Source: a virus
Virus record (IMG/VR): IMGVR_UViG_3300005069_000001
Strand: one strand, 5' to 3'
Length of the DNA stretch: 41,346 bases
Below the pieces are notes generated by a model. It had not been told where the DNA came from. It did no database searches and saw only the letters and a program-made list of their open reading frames with translations. The translations under genes and the position numbers were made by a program. How positions within the stretch are numbered: the first letter of the stretch is position 1; each line of letters starts with the position of its first letter. Shown piece by piece: positions 1 through 8,269 of the stretch.

Positions 1-91
1 ACGGTTGAGTCATTCGTTACTGCTTCAACGCTTGTAACAATACCAGTGACATAATTTGTCGCCCCTGCTGTTGCACGAATAACATCAGGAA
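1..91. repeat. Left copy of the exact 91-bp end duplication (circular-assembly overlap or terminal redundancy)
   Basis: acggttgagtcattcgttactgcttcaacg...cgaataacatcaggaa is identical to 41256-41346. Confidence 0.95.
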
Positions 92-248
92 TACCCTTTG
101 CATCGGAAGTTCCTGCTAAAATAACAGGGTCGCCAACGTAAACAGCTGTGGAATCTGATGATGGAATACGAAACCGTGAAGTCGGAATAAGCGACGTACC
201 GCGGTTATACAAGGGAATAAATCCCTTTGGTGAATTTGAATTAGCCAT
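1..248 (-). CDS. N-terminal part of a 188-aa junction-spanning head-module protein (putative capsid decoration/auxiliary head protein); continues at 41255..40937
   Basis: Hand translation: ATG at 248-246 (MANSNSPKGFIPLYNRG...) with an in-frame stop upstream at 257-255. The frame is open to base 1 and continues in frame through the repeat. It overlaps the upstream gene's stop (ATGgcTAA). Confidence 0.6.
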   Translation of the reverse strand, partial: MANSNSPKGFIPLYNRGTSLIPTSRFRIPSSDSTAVYVGDPVILAGTSDAKGIPDVIRATAGATNYVTGIVTSVEAVTNDST

Positions 249-828
249 AATTGCCTATATCTATATTGGTTTGATTTGTTTTGATGTCAGCACGTCCATT
301 CATTTCAAGTCTTGCATCTTGCATGTCCTTTGAAAAGATTTCTGTCGCTTGTTGGTTTTTAACTGCTAAACGCTTGAGCCTGTGTTCACTGATACACATC
401 ATAGCAATCATTTTGCCTTCTGATGTCTGTTTTTCCAGTGCAACGTGTTGCATATCAGGCTTTAAGTCTTGCTTTGTTATTTCTACATAGCCAAGCTCTT
501 TTTTCTTTTGTAGGTTAGAAAAATCATAACCCAAAGAATCACGCTTAACTAATACCCATCGAAAATCTACAATATTATCAGGGTCATTAACTGCTTTTTT
601 GAGTACATCTAATGTACTTTTGTTTAGATTATCATAGATAGGAGCTTGATTCAAGAATTTTCTTAATTGTGCCATACCCCCCGATAATACCTCTGTTTCA
701 CACGGTAAAACCACATCGCTATGTCCGATATTAATATCATCATTGTTTAATGCCCTAACAGTCGCAGGGTGTAATTCTTGTCTTTTTTTAGCAATCATTT
801 GTTTTGCTTTATTTGATACAGTAACCAT
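241..828 (-). CDS. Hypothetical head-morphogenesis-module protein (195 aa)
   Basis: ATG-initiated ORF packed between the scaffold-like gene (2-nt gap) and the junction-spanning gene (8-nt overlap). No family recognised. Confidence 0.6.
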   Translation of the reverse strand: MVTVSNKAKQMIAKKRQELHPATVRALNNDDINIGHSDVVLPCETEVLSGGMAQLRKFLNQAPIYDNLNKSTLDVLKKAVNDPDNIVDFRWVLVKRDSLGYDFSNLQKKKELGYVEITKQDLKPDMQHVALEKQTSEGKMIAMMCISEHRLKRLAVKNQQATEIFSKDMQDARLEMNGRADIKTNQTNIDIGNYG

Positions 829-830
829 AA

Positions 831-1808
831 TTAGCGTCCTTTAATTTCTGCTATTGTTGTTTTTTTATAAGCGTCTAACTGTGCTTTTGTTGCGTTTGGG
901 AACATATCTTTAAACCCCGAAACCCAATAATTGAACACTTCTCTTTGTTCTGCATTAAGCCCGTCAGATTGTTGTTTGGGAGCGTTATTAACAGTACCTA
1001 AAACATTACCACGTGGCGGTGTCTGTGTTTTGGTTGCAAATTTATCAGGATATAAACGCTCTAAATCCTCTTTTGCACCAATTAAAGCATCGTTAATATT
1101 AACGCCTGCATTTAAATACCCTTGCAAGGCGTTATCGTATCGTACTTTCATTATTGCGTTTGTTTCATACCAAGGATTTTCGTCAACAAATTGTTTGACA
1201 GTCTGAAAAACTTCCGCTTGATTATGGTGTGTTTGGTTATTATTAAACTGCTTATCCTCTTGCTCATATTCGCTAAGGCGTTGTTTAACAATATCTTTTT
1301 GTTCATCAATATCATTAACGGTGTCAATGTCTGATAATTCAACAGCTTCAATTTTTCTTTTCTCTAAATTTTTGAGTAGGTTTTTGAATTGTTGCCGTTC
1401 TTGTTCTCGTATCTTTTTTTCACGTTGTATGTTTAATGCTTCAATGCTATCTAGCTTTTTTTGCATTGAATCCATAACGTCTTTAGTTTTAAAAACGTAA
1501 TTATTAGCACCTTTTAACCATTCCTTAGCGGATTTCTTGCCGTTAGGATTCCAACCAATCTCACGAGCTAATCTTTGCACATCATCATCAGCCATTGAGT
1601 CAATGTATGAATTATTTGTCTTTGGTTTTTGTGGTGCTTCGTCTGTATTAATATCAGTTTTAACACTTTCAGGCACATCATCGCTTGTGTCATCAGTTAC
1701 AACATCATCAGGCGTGTCATCGTTAGCAACATCAGGAATATCATTATCTAACGGTAAATCATTGTCAGCATCTGAAAACGATAAGAAACTTTTTGCTTCG
1801 GTGTTCAT
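831..1808 (-). CDS. Putative scaffolding protein (325 aa)
   Basis: Acidic D-rich N-terminus (DDTPDDVVTDDTSDDV). Long charged helical centre (KKIREQERQQFKNLLKNLEKRKIEA). Located between portal and capsid genes. Confidence 0.5.
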   Translation of the reverse strand: MNTEAKSFLSFSDADNDLPLDNDIPDVANDDTPDDVVTDDTSDDVPESVKTDINTDEAPQKPKTNNSYIDSMADDDVQRLAREIGWNPNGKKSAKEWLKGANNYVFKTKDVMDSMQKKLDSIEALNIQREKKIREQERQQFKNLLKNLEKRKIEAVELSDIDTVNDIDEQKDIVKQRLSEYEQEDKQFNNNQTHHNQAEVFQTVKQFVDENPWYETNAIMKVRYDNALQGYLNAGVNINDALIGAKEDLERLYPDKFATKTQTPPRGNVLGTVNNAPKQQSDGLNAEQREVFNYWVSGFKDMFPNATKAQLDAYKKTTIAEIKGR

Positions 1809-2141
1809 CTATTGTCCAATCACTGCTAAAACGTCATGGTCTTTAATCAATCGGTAATGATTACCGTTGTTATCTTGATACAAAAACCCACTATGTAAAT
1901 TTGTTATAACATTATCACCAACCTTAGGGGCAGCTTCTCCGTGGTCTAAAAACGATAAAATACCAATTTTAATTATTTTACCGTTGCCACCTTTAAGAAA
2001 ATCTTTTTGTGTTGCAATCGTTGGAATAATTAAACCGCTTTCTGTTGTTTTATCCTCATGTTTTTCAACCTGTATTAAAATACGGTTAAATGTCACTACA
2101 ACATCATCAATGTTGCCAATATTTACTAATTCTGCTGTCAA
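1809..2141 (-). CDS. GroES/Cpn10-like co-chaperonin (110 aa)
   Basis: TTG start with AGGAG 6 nt upstream. Alignment by eye to GroES: NRILIQVEK..ESGLIIP (cf. DRVIVKR..SAGGIVL), GNGKIIKIG, PKVGDNVI (cf. VKVGDIVIF), LIKDHDVLAVI (cf. IMSESDILAIV). Confidence 0.6.
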   Translation of the reverse strand: MTAELVNIGNIDDVVVTFNRILIQVEKHEDKTTESGLIIPTIATQKDFLKGGNGKIIKIGILSFLDHGEAAPKVGDNVITNLHSGFLYQDNNGNHYRLIKDHDVLAVIGQ

Positions 2142-2142
2142 T

Positions 2143-2460
2143 TTACGCTCCTATTGACTGGTTACTTGCTTGTAGTATTTTGTGAATAGCCTCAACTTCC
2201 ACAATCATATTGTCAAAATCAAACAATGCGTCTGATATTTGACGAATATTCTTTAAAATATCTCTTTCTAACTGTGGATTATATGTTTTAGCAAGGCTGT
2301 CATCTTGCCCTGCCAATACAATATAAGCCGTTCTTAATACGCTTTCAGCCTTAAGCCGTAGGTATTCCTGTAGGAACATTCCCTCGTTGGTTTGTAACAA
2401 CCCCATCAGGGACTGCTCCGTTACCGTTAGGTTGTTGATTGTTAATGTCCTGTTGTCCAT
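2143..2460 (-). CDS. Hypothetical protein (105 aa); its 5' 110 nt overlap the portal 3' end out of frame
   Basis: ATG at 2460-2458 with GGGAG 6 nt upstream. Internal alternative starts exist at 2406 and 2379. Confidence 0.5.
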   Translation of the reverse strand: MDNRTLTINNLTVTEQSLMGLLQTNEGMFLQEYLRLKAESVLRTAYIVLAGQDDSLAKTYNPQLERDILKNIRQISDALFDFDNMIVEVEAIHKILQASNQSIGA

Positions 2461-4426
2461 TTACTGCTCCCATATCTGGTGTATTGCGTAGGTTTATCTC
2501 TTGTAATTGTCTATCTAAATTAGCATCTTCGATTTCAGATATTGCTTTAATGCGGTCAATTTCTAACTTGTCTTGTTTAATTTCATTGTCTAACAACACT
2601 TTAAGCGTATCAATTTTATCTTTAGCATCGCTTATTTGTTTTTGTAATTCTAACTGTGCCTTGCCAAGTTCTAACTGCCCCATCATTAACGGGTCAGGCT
2701 GTGCTTGCGGTGCTTCTGGTGGGTCAGTTAAATAATAATCAGGGTTATCAATGCCCATTAATCGCAATACTTCTTTTCTTGTCCGTTTGCCGTCATAGAA
2801 TGGGTCTTGTGTTTTACTTTCAAAAAATTGCACTTGTGCCATCTGTCTAGCGTTACCGATTGCGTCAATATCTTTATTTGGCAAAAATACAATTTCTTTG
2901 TTTGCAAATACAGAACTATCAACCTCAATTCCTGTTAATTCTGCGTATCTTGCTGTATTAAAATATTCTTTGTTTGCTTCGACAAGTGATTGTATCTCTT
3001 TTTTAAACTCGACATAAAAGCGCTTTAATACCGCCCTTAATTTCTTAGTCGATTCCTCTGCCATAATCATTGCCGTCGTTGGCGCGGTGTTTGATGTAAA
3101 GTTTTCACTGTTCATTTGATTAAGATTTGCCAATGATGATGATTTACTATCAAGTAATTGCATCATACCCATAAGTGTTTGACTAGGTTCAGGATTAGGC
3201 ATAGGCATAAATGAATCACGGATTGATTGTCCTGTTGCTCTAATACCTTTCCATTCCCCCGCACTAAAATTAAATACACGGTCTTTGGTATTTATATCAG
3301 CACTAAATACACCGCCACCCAAAGCGGACTTTGCCCCTGCATCAATGGTTAAATTAAGAATTGATGATAAAGCATTCTGAGACATTTCTAAAATTGAACC
3401 AAAGCCTTTGCCCCAAAAGCAACTACTTGGCAAGAATGAATATTTACAATACCGAGGCTTTGCCTTGACAACAATAGCCTTAGATTTGTCATCATTTTTT
3501 TCAGAACGAATCACTTTTGTAAAGTTTTTTTCTAATCTTAACAATTCAGCTTTATCTTTTAAAACCCATGCGACATAAGGCTCAGGATAATCGTCGCCGT
3601 CTAAATCAAGTCGTAAACTCATTTCAATAATATCAAAATCTGTATCGTCTTCTTGTTCGTCGTCAGTCTCAGGCTCTTTGAAATACATTGATTCATATAG
3701 CGGTATAATATCCTCTTTGCGGTATGCACTACATTCGGATAACCGCTTAGCACCGTCAATCGTCTTTGCTTCTTTATTAACCACAAAATCAGTTGCTTTG
3801 ACTATTTTATGAATAGGGCGTTGCTCAACTGGACAATATGTGTATTTACGTAAAACAGTCCCTTGAACGCACAATAGCTTTGCTAATTCTTGCGTTTCTT
3901 CAACCCAATCAGGCATATCCTCTGTAAATTGATAATTGAGTATTTTAACAGCGTCCTCTGAATCCATTAATGCTTTATGATTTAAAATGCGTGCTTGCTT
4001 AATCGCACCATCAACAATAGGCTTAGCGTCCTGCCCCTCTGGTATTTGCCCAGTCATTGCAAGTGTAACAGCGGTATCCTCTTGACTCGGCACGTCCTTT
4101 GCATTTTTTGCTTTAACAGGCTTATCAAGCGGAAACTCATTGATAAATGTAGTTAAAAACTCATTGCTTGCATCGGTTAACAACATATAATGCAAACGAG
4201 AACCACCATTTACCCGAGCGGTACGCAAATATTCTTCTTCATTGTCACATACGCCAAGATAACGCTTCATCTTGTCATGATGCGGTTGACAATCGTTTAA
4301 ATCTCTATCGTAAAACTCGACAATTTGCGTTGCAATCGCTTTGACATCAAAGGAATCTAATATCTCAACAAGGTTATCTGTTTTATCAATATCGGCAGGT
4401 TTTAATTTATTTTTAATATCCAACAT
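2351..4426 (-). CDS. Portal protein (691 aa)
   Basis: Immediately downstream of terL (14-nt overlap) and of portal size. Long C-terminal helical segment (LELGKAQLELQKQISDAKDKIDTLKVLLDNEIKQDKLEIDRIKAISEIED) resembles a P22-type portal barrel, followed by a Q/N/G-rich tail. Confidence 0.8.
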   Translation of the reverse strand: MLDIKNKLKPADIDKTDNLVEILDSFDVKAIATQIVEFYDRDLNDCQPHHDKMKRYLGVCDNEEEYLRTARVNGGSRLHYMLLTDASNEFLTTFINEFPLDKPVKAKNAKDVPSQEDTAVTLAMTGQIPEGQDAKPIVDGAIKQARILNHKALMDSEDAVKILNYQFTEDMPDWVEETQELAKLLCVQGTVLRKYTYCPVEQRPIHKIVKATDFVVNKEAKTIDGAKRLSECSAYRKEDIIPLYESMYFKEPETDDEQEDDTDFDIIEMSLRLDLDGDDYPEPYVAWVLKDKAELLRLEKNFTKVIRSEKNDDKSKAIVVKAKPRYCKYSFLPSSCFWGKGFGSILEMSQNALSSILNLTIDAGAKSALGGGVFSADINTKDRVFNFSAGEWKGIRATGQSIRDSFMPMPNPEPSQTLMGMMQLLDSKSSSLANLNQMNSENFTSNTAPTTAMIMAEESTKKLRAVLKRFYVEFKKEIQSLVEANKEYFNTARYAELTGIEVDSSVFANKEIVFLPNKDIDAIGNARQMAQVQFFESKTQDPFYDGKRTRKEVLRLMGIDNPDYYLTDPPEAPQAQPDPLMMGQLELGKAQLELQKQISDAKDKIDTLKVLLDNEIKQDKLEIDRIKAISEIEDANLDRQLQEINLRNTPDMGAVNGQQDINNQQPNGNGAVPDGVVTNQRGNVPTGIPTA

Positions 4427-5891
4427 TTACATTGTCCCCTTGGTAACTGTCATAATCATTTTGATAAAAATATTCGTCATCTTTATCATGACTTTTAAAT
4501 TTAACATAGTTTAAAAATTGTGACGTACTATCGACTAAATCATCATTAACAGCGTTGGGAAAAGTGGTCAACTGATACACATAATCATCAGACCAATCAC
4601 TCTCAGCATCAATTAACACACGACCACCCTCAAATAATTGCGTTACGTTCGATAACCGTGTAACCTTATCTTTTATCGGTGTTATTGTGATAATTGGTAA
4701 AGCCGTATTGCGTATCAAGTCCTGTGCAAGTGCGATACCGCTTGCCTTATCCTCTAATAGGATTGTATCAGGCTTATAGATATTAGCATATTTAACAACA
4801 GTATCTCTTAATTCAGGATATTCCATCTGTTTTTTAAACGATAACAACAAATAAAAATGGTTTTTATGTACGCCCCAAACAGTTAAAGCAGAATAATCAC
4901 TGCCTGCATTTGCTTTGCTTGCTGTGTCCCAACTGTGATAAATTGCATCATATGACAATGGTTTAGTAATGATAGGTTTTATCCATGCTTTTTTAACAAT
5001 ACCACCCTCGGCAGGGGCAGGATTCTGCATATACTGCCCTGCGAATGAATAACTACCCATACCAGTTAATAAGGCATCAACTTCTTTTTGTCCTAAGCGT
5101 TCGCCATGTAAAAACTCGCCCTTATCAAGTTCATACTGTTTTTTAGGGGTCTCGATAAACGTCTTTTGCTCAAACTGCACTGGCAATTTAAGCACGTCAA
5201 AGCCCCCTAAATTCTCAAGATAACCAGATACATCATTGTCATGTAATCGTTGCATCACACACACGATTTTTGCGGTTTTAGGATTGTTTGCACGGTTAAG
5301 AAATGACGAACCAATCCACCTGTTAGCACTCTCTCGCATTGTATCACTCATTGCGTCGGCAGGATTAACAGGGTCATCGAGAATAAGATAATCACCACCA
5401 AAGCCTGTTATCGTACCACCGACAGAAGTCGCATATCTATGTCCGTTTTGTGTCGTTTTAAACCATTCTTGGCGGTTTAAATCGTCTGCAAGTTTTAACT
5501 GCGGAAATGTCCGCTTGTACCAATCAGAGCGAATCAACTCCCTTGTAGCGACTGATAACTGGCTTGATAGGTTACTAGAGTAAGACGCCACGATGATTTG
5601 AGTACTCGGATTGCGTCCTAATAAATACGCTGTCCAAGCCTGCGATACGCATATAGACTTCATAAATCGTGGAGGCATATTGATGATAAGCCTTTGTATC
5701 TCACCACTCTCAACCGCATTGAGATAATCACATATTGCGTCTATGTGCCAATTATGGAGATATTCTTGATTCGGGGATAAATGATTGAATGCTTTATGGA
5801 CAAAAGAAGCAAGGTTATTGCCTAGGAGGTAGTGTAATACCGCATGAGGGTTATCAAGTTTAACCGCTTGCATTACTTGCCTCGTTATCAA
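4413..5891 (-). CDS. terL: Terminase large subunit (492 aa)
   Basis: ATPase motifs LIINMPPRFMKS and YLILDDPVNP. C-terminal RNaseH-like nuclease motifs SWDTASKANAGSDYSALTVWG, LLEDKASG and VNDDLVDS. Overlaps terS. Confidence 0.9.
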   Translation of the reverse strand: MITRQVMQAVKLDNPHAVLHYLLGNNLASFVHKAFNHLSPNQEYLHNWHIDAICDYLNAVESGEIQRLIINMPPRFMKSICVSQAWTAYLLGRNPSTQIIVASYSSNLSSQLSVATRELIRSDWYKRTFPQLKLADDLNRQEWFKTTQNGHRYATSVGGTITGFGGDYLILDDPVNPADAMSDTMRESANRWIGSSFLNRANNPKTAKIVCVMQRLHDNDVSGYLENLGGFDVLKLPVQFEQKTFIETPKKQYELDKGEFLHGERLGQKEVDALLTGMGSYSFAGQYMQNPAPAEGGIVKKAWIKPIITKPLSYDAIYHSWDTASKANAGSDYSALTVWGVHKNHFYLLLSFKKQMEYPELRDTVVKYANIYKPDTILLEDKASGIALAQDLIRNTALPIITITPIKDKVTRLSNVTQLFEGGRVLIDAESDWSDDYVYQLTTFPNAVNDDLVDSTSQFLNYVKFKSHDKDDEYFYQNDYDSYQGDNVNVGY

Positions 5892-6312
5892 TAATCACAG
5901 GGTGTCCTAAACCCATTTCGAGGATATTTTTATCCGCAACCGTTATAAAACTATGGACATGACTATGATTTATATCCATTTTTGTATTAAACGCTCCAAT
6001 ATTGACGTGTTTACCTATTAAATCAAGGGCTTTTAAGGCGTTTGTGTGGTCTTTATCTTGTAAAGTCATATTATGCACTTTAACCGCTTGATTAAGTACC
6101 CATTGAGCGTTTATTTCGAGTTTCTGTTCACGTTCAGCTTTAAGTTCTGTTAGATATTCTTGTATAAGAGGTTTTGATAAGTTTTCAGAGGATATTTCCT
6201 GCGCTGTATTTTCACTATACCCAGCACGAATCGCCGCTTGTGTACCGTTTAAATCAATAAGGTATTCTTTGCAAAATAATTGTTGTTTATCTGTAAGTTT
6301 TTTCACTGTCAT
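5860..6312 (-). CDS. terS: Terminase small subunit (Terminase_2-type, 150 aa)
   Basis: MTVKKLTDKQQLFCKEYLIDLNGTQAAIRAGYSENTAQEISSENL is the classic Terminase_2 N-terminal HTH. The ATG at 6312-6310 is preferred to the longer hydrophobic extension in the ORF track. Confidence 0.85.
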   Translation of the reverse strand: MTVKKLTDKQQLFCKEYLIDLNGTQAAIRAGYSENTAQEISSENLSKPLIQEYLTELKAEREQKLEINAQWVLNQAVKVHNMTLQDKDHTNALKALDLIGKHVNIGAFNTKMDINHSHVHSFITVADKNILEMGLGHPVIIDNEASNASG

Positions 6313-6364
6313 AAATAAAAAATACACCACAATGAAAAAAAATGCAAACAAATAAAAAAAGGTG

Positions 6365-6393
6365 TTGACTTTACTGTAAAGTTACAGTATAAT
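6365..6393 (+). promoter_or_regulatory. Near-consensus sigma70 promoter with a palindromic operator in the spacer
   Basis: TTGACT (6365-6370), 17 nt, TATAAT (6388-6393). The spacer contains the perfect inverted repeat ACTGTAA-AG-TTACAGT (6373-6388). Confidence 0.8.
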
Positions 6394-6438
6394 GATTTTA
6401 CAAGGACGCAATCAAGCGGACGATTAAGGAGAACGACA

Positions 6439-7086
6439 ATGAATATCAATAATTGCCATGTAGTAGCAAGCACAAACCAAGCTTACGGACGCACATATAT
6501 CAATTTAATAGGCAAAGACGCAAGTTTTGCTGGTGACCGTAATTATAAAATATGGACTGACGGCACAAAAATTAATTTTGAAAAAGGTAAAGGCACGTTA
6601 TCACCTGCGTTTGAGGCATCTTTGGAGATTTTAAAAGATTTAAATGACAAGGGAGTTTTTGCAAGTAAATCACAAGCAGAGATTAACTATGATAACCTAC
6701 ATAACGAGGGTGGAGAGGGTTACAATCCACACCGTGACACGGCTAAAAATGATACAACTGATTTAAAGCCTGCAAGCGACACAACAACTAAATTATACAT
6801 AAACGCATACAAATCACATGATATTATGCACGGTGATTATTGTGTAGCTTTTACAAGCGAGCAAGACGCAATAAACGCATCATTTGATGATTACACCCAT
6901 GATGAGATTTTATGTGGTGCTTACAATGCCCCAGATGGATATACATTTACTGAGACTGGATTTGGAGATTGGGGTATATCAAAACTAGACAGCCAATATG
7001 TTGACTTTGCAATCAAAGATATGCAAGTCAACTTAGACGGCACAATAGCAATTGAAGGAGAATCTGTAAATTTGGTAAAAGCATGA
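6439..7086 (+). CDS. Acidic hypothetical protein (215 aa); candidate early anti-defence / DNA-mimic-type protein
   Basis: ATG with AAGGAG (6426-6431) 7 nt upstream. By my count about 33 D/E versus 18 K/R. No family recognised. Confidence 0.7.
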   Translation: MNINNCHVVASTNQAYGRTYINLIGKDASFAGDRNYKIWTDGTKINFEKGKGTLSPAFEASLEILKDLNDKGVFASKSQAEINYDNLHNEGGEGYNPHRDTAKNDTTDLKPASDTTTKLYINAYKSHDIMHGDYCVAFTSEQDAINASFDDYTHDEILCGAYNAPDGYTFTETGFGDWGISKLDSQYVDFAIKDMQVNLDGTIAIEGESVNLVKA

Positions 7087-7274
7087 CCCCCCAATCACAA
7101 ATCCAAACCCTAGAATCGCTAGGTATAACACGGTATCGCATTGCTTGCGATACTGGCATCAATCAAAAGACATTGTGTAATTGGTTAAATGGTAAAGCAC
7201 CGATGAAAAGCAATAGCAATGTTATTGTTTTAAATGATTATTATGAAAAATTAATGCAGGGGATGCAGGAATAA
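7083..7274 (+). CDS. Small HTH DNA-binding protein (63 aa), aca-like position
   Basis: ATGA start/stop overlap with the upstream gene. HTH-like segment ITRYRIACDTGINQKTLCNWLNGK. Confidence 0.7.
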   Translation: MTPQSQIQTLESLGITRYRIACDTGINQKTLCNWLNGKAPMKSNSNVIVLNDYYEKLMQGMQE

Positions 7275-7280
7275 TCTTGA

Positions 7281-7305
7281 GGGTGGGGACAAATTGTCCC
7301 TGCCC
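7281..7305 (+). terminator. Hairpin terminator after the acidic-protein/HTH operon
   Basis: gggtggggac-aaatt-gtccctgccc forms a 10-bp stem including two G.U pairs. The U-tract is weak (ttaaccgtatttta). Confidence 0.5.
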
Positions 7306-7366
7306 TTAACCGTATTTTAACAATTCCATGTTATATTTGTATTATAGTAAATGTAAGGGGTTATTT

Positions 7367-7597
7367 ATGTATAAATTTTTATTATCAGGTGATGCGTTTT
7401 TCAATAAATTAGCCTTTTGTGCCATGTTAATTTTTATAGGCTTTGTTTTAGGTGGTTGCAGTCCACGTCAACACGGCAATACACACCAGTTAGCCAATCA
7501 ATACACACCAGCTATCAGCACAGCACGGAGCGAATACGAGGCTATGCAAAAGTTTAAAGCCCAGCACGTGGCGTTTTATAGCAGTTTGCGTAAATAA
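7367..7597 (+). CDS. Small lipoprotein (76 aa); moron, possible superinfection-exclusion factor
   Basis: ATG at 7367 with AAGGGG (7355-7360) upstream. Signal peptide plus lipobox: MYKFLL...AMLIFIGFVLGG|CSPRQ. Confidence 0.65.
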   Translation: MYKFLLSGDAFFNKLAFCAMLIFIGFVLGGCSPRQHGNTHQLANQYTPAISTARSEYEAMQKFKAQHVAFYSSLRK

Positions 7598-7601
7598 GAT
7601 A

Positions 7602-7633
7602 TCCACCACGTAGGTAAACCAAGAGGTGGTGGA
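7602..7633 (+). terminator. Possible hairpin terminator
   Basis: tccaccac ... gtggtgga forms an 8-bp stem with a 16-nt loop. No clean U-tract. Confidence 0.35.
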
Positions 7634-7840
7634 GCTATTAAATTATTTATACCAATTTTACAAAAAATGCAAGCGTTTTATAACAGCTTTGGAACGGTAA
7701 CTCACAACCATGCAACCATACCAAAAAATCATTTACCATTTTTTTATTAGCTAACTTACTTACGCAAACCGCATTTTTTTGCGTTTCTAGCGGTGTAAAT
7801 CTTAAAACCATAAAATATACCAACCAAACAGTAAACACGC

Positions 7841-8206
7841 TTAAAAACGCATATTTAAGTAATCTGTGATAATTTTAACCGCTTCTTTTGCACCATATGC
7901 CACGATTGCCAAGTAACCTGCTTTGTTGAGGCGGTTAATCCAATTTTGCTGTTGGGGTGATACCTTGCCACCGTCACGGCGTTTGAGTTCGATAAATAAC
8001 CCGTGATATTTGCCACTGGGTGCGGGTAAAAACAAATCAGGACAACCCGAGCGAACTCCCTCCGCTTTCAGCATTGCCCCTGTAACCCGTGACCTTTGAC
8101 CACCATTCGGGATTGCAAACATATTTTCAAGCTGTGGATATTTTTCCATGTTCAATTTTGCCCATTCAAAAATTGCGACTTGTTCGTGGTGTTCGGATAG
8201 TGCCAT
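7841..8206 (-). CDS. VRR-NUC domain nuclease (121 aa)
   Basis: Motifs FAIPNGGQRS, GVRSGCPDLFL and GLFIELKR (PD-(D/E)XK-type D...ELK pattern). Typical VRR-NUC size. Confidence 0.8.
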   Translation of the reverse strand: MALSEHHEQVAIFEWAKLNMEKYPQLENMFAIPNGGQRSRVTGAMLKAEGVRSGCPDLFLPAPSGKYHGLFIELKRRDGGKVSPQQQNWINRLNKAGYLAIVAYGAKEAVKIITDYLNMRF

Positions 8207-8269
8207 GATTAAACCTTAAGTTGTGTTAATAAATTGTAATAAAACTTTAACATTGTGAATTAGTAGCCT

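Noticed and set aside
3596-3605. gccgtctaaa, one mismatch from the Neisseria DNA uptake sequence GCCGTCTGAA
   Set aside because: A single imperfect copy inside the portal gene with no enrichment. It is not evidence for the host or for uptake signals.
5860-6351. Longer N-terminal extensions offered by the ORF track (terS 6351, 7328, 17082, 17841, 20309, 21349, 21980, 23957, 26565, 17067, 20074)
   Set aside because: The extensions start at non-ATG codons or lack an SD. Internal ATGs with good SDs and ATGA/TAATG coupling fit better, so the coordinates were trimmed accordingly.
6372-6388. LexA (SOS) box look-alike, tACTGTaaagttACAGTa, in the early promoter
   Set aside because: The spacing is CTGT-N6-ACAG, not the CTGT-N8-ACAG of the gammaproteobacterial LexA box. 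It is treated as a phage-specific operator.
7647-7838. 63-aa minus-strand ORF after the VRR-NUC gene
   Set aside because: Alternative (GTG) start, no SD, and it spans hairpin and AT-rich spacer sequence. Coding status is not supported.
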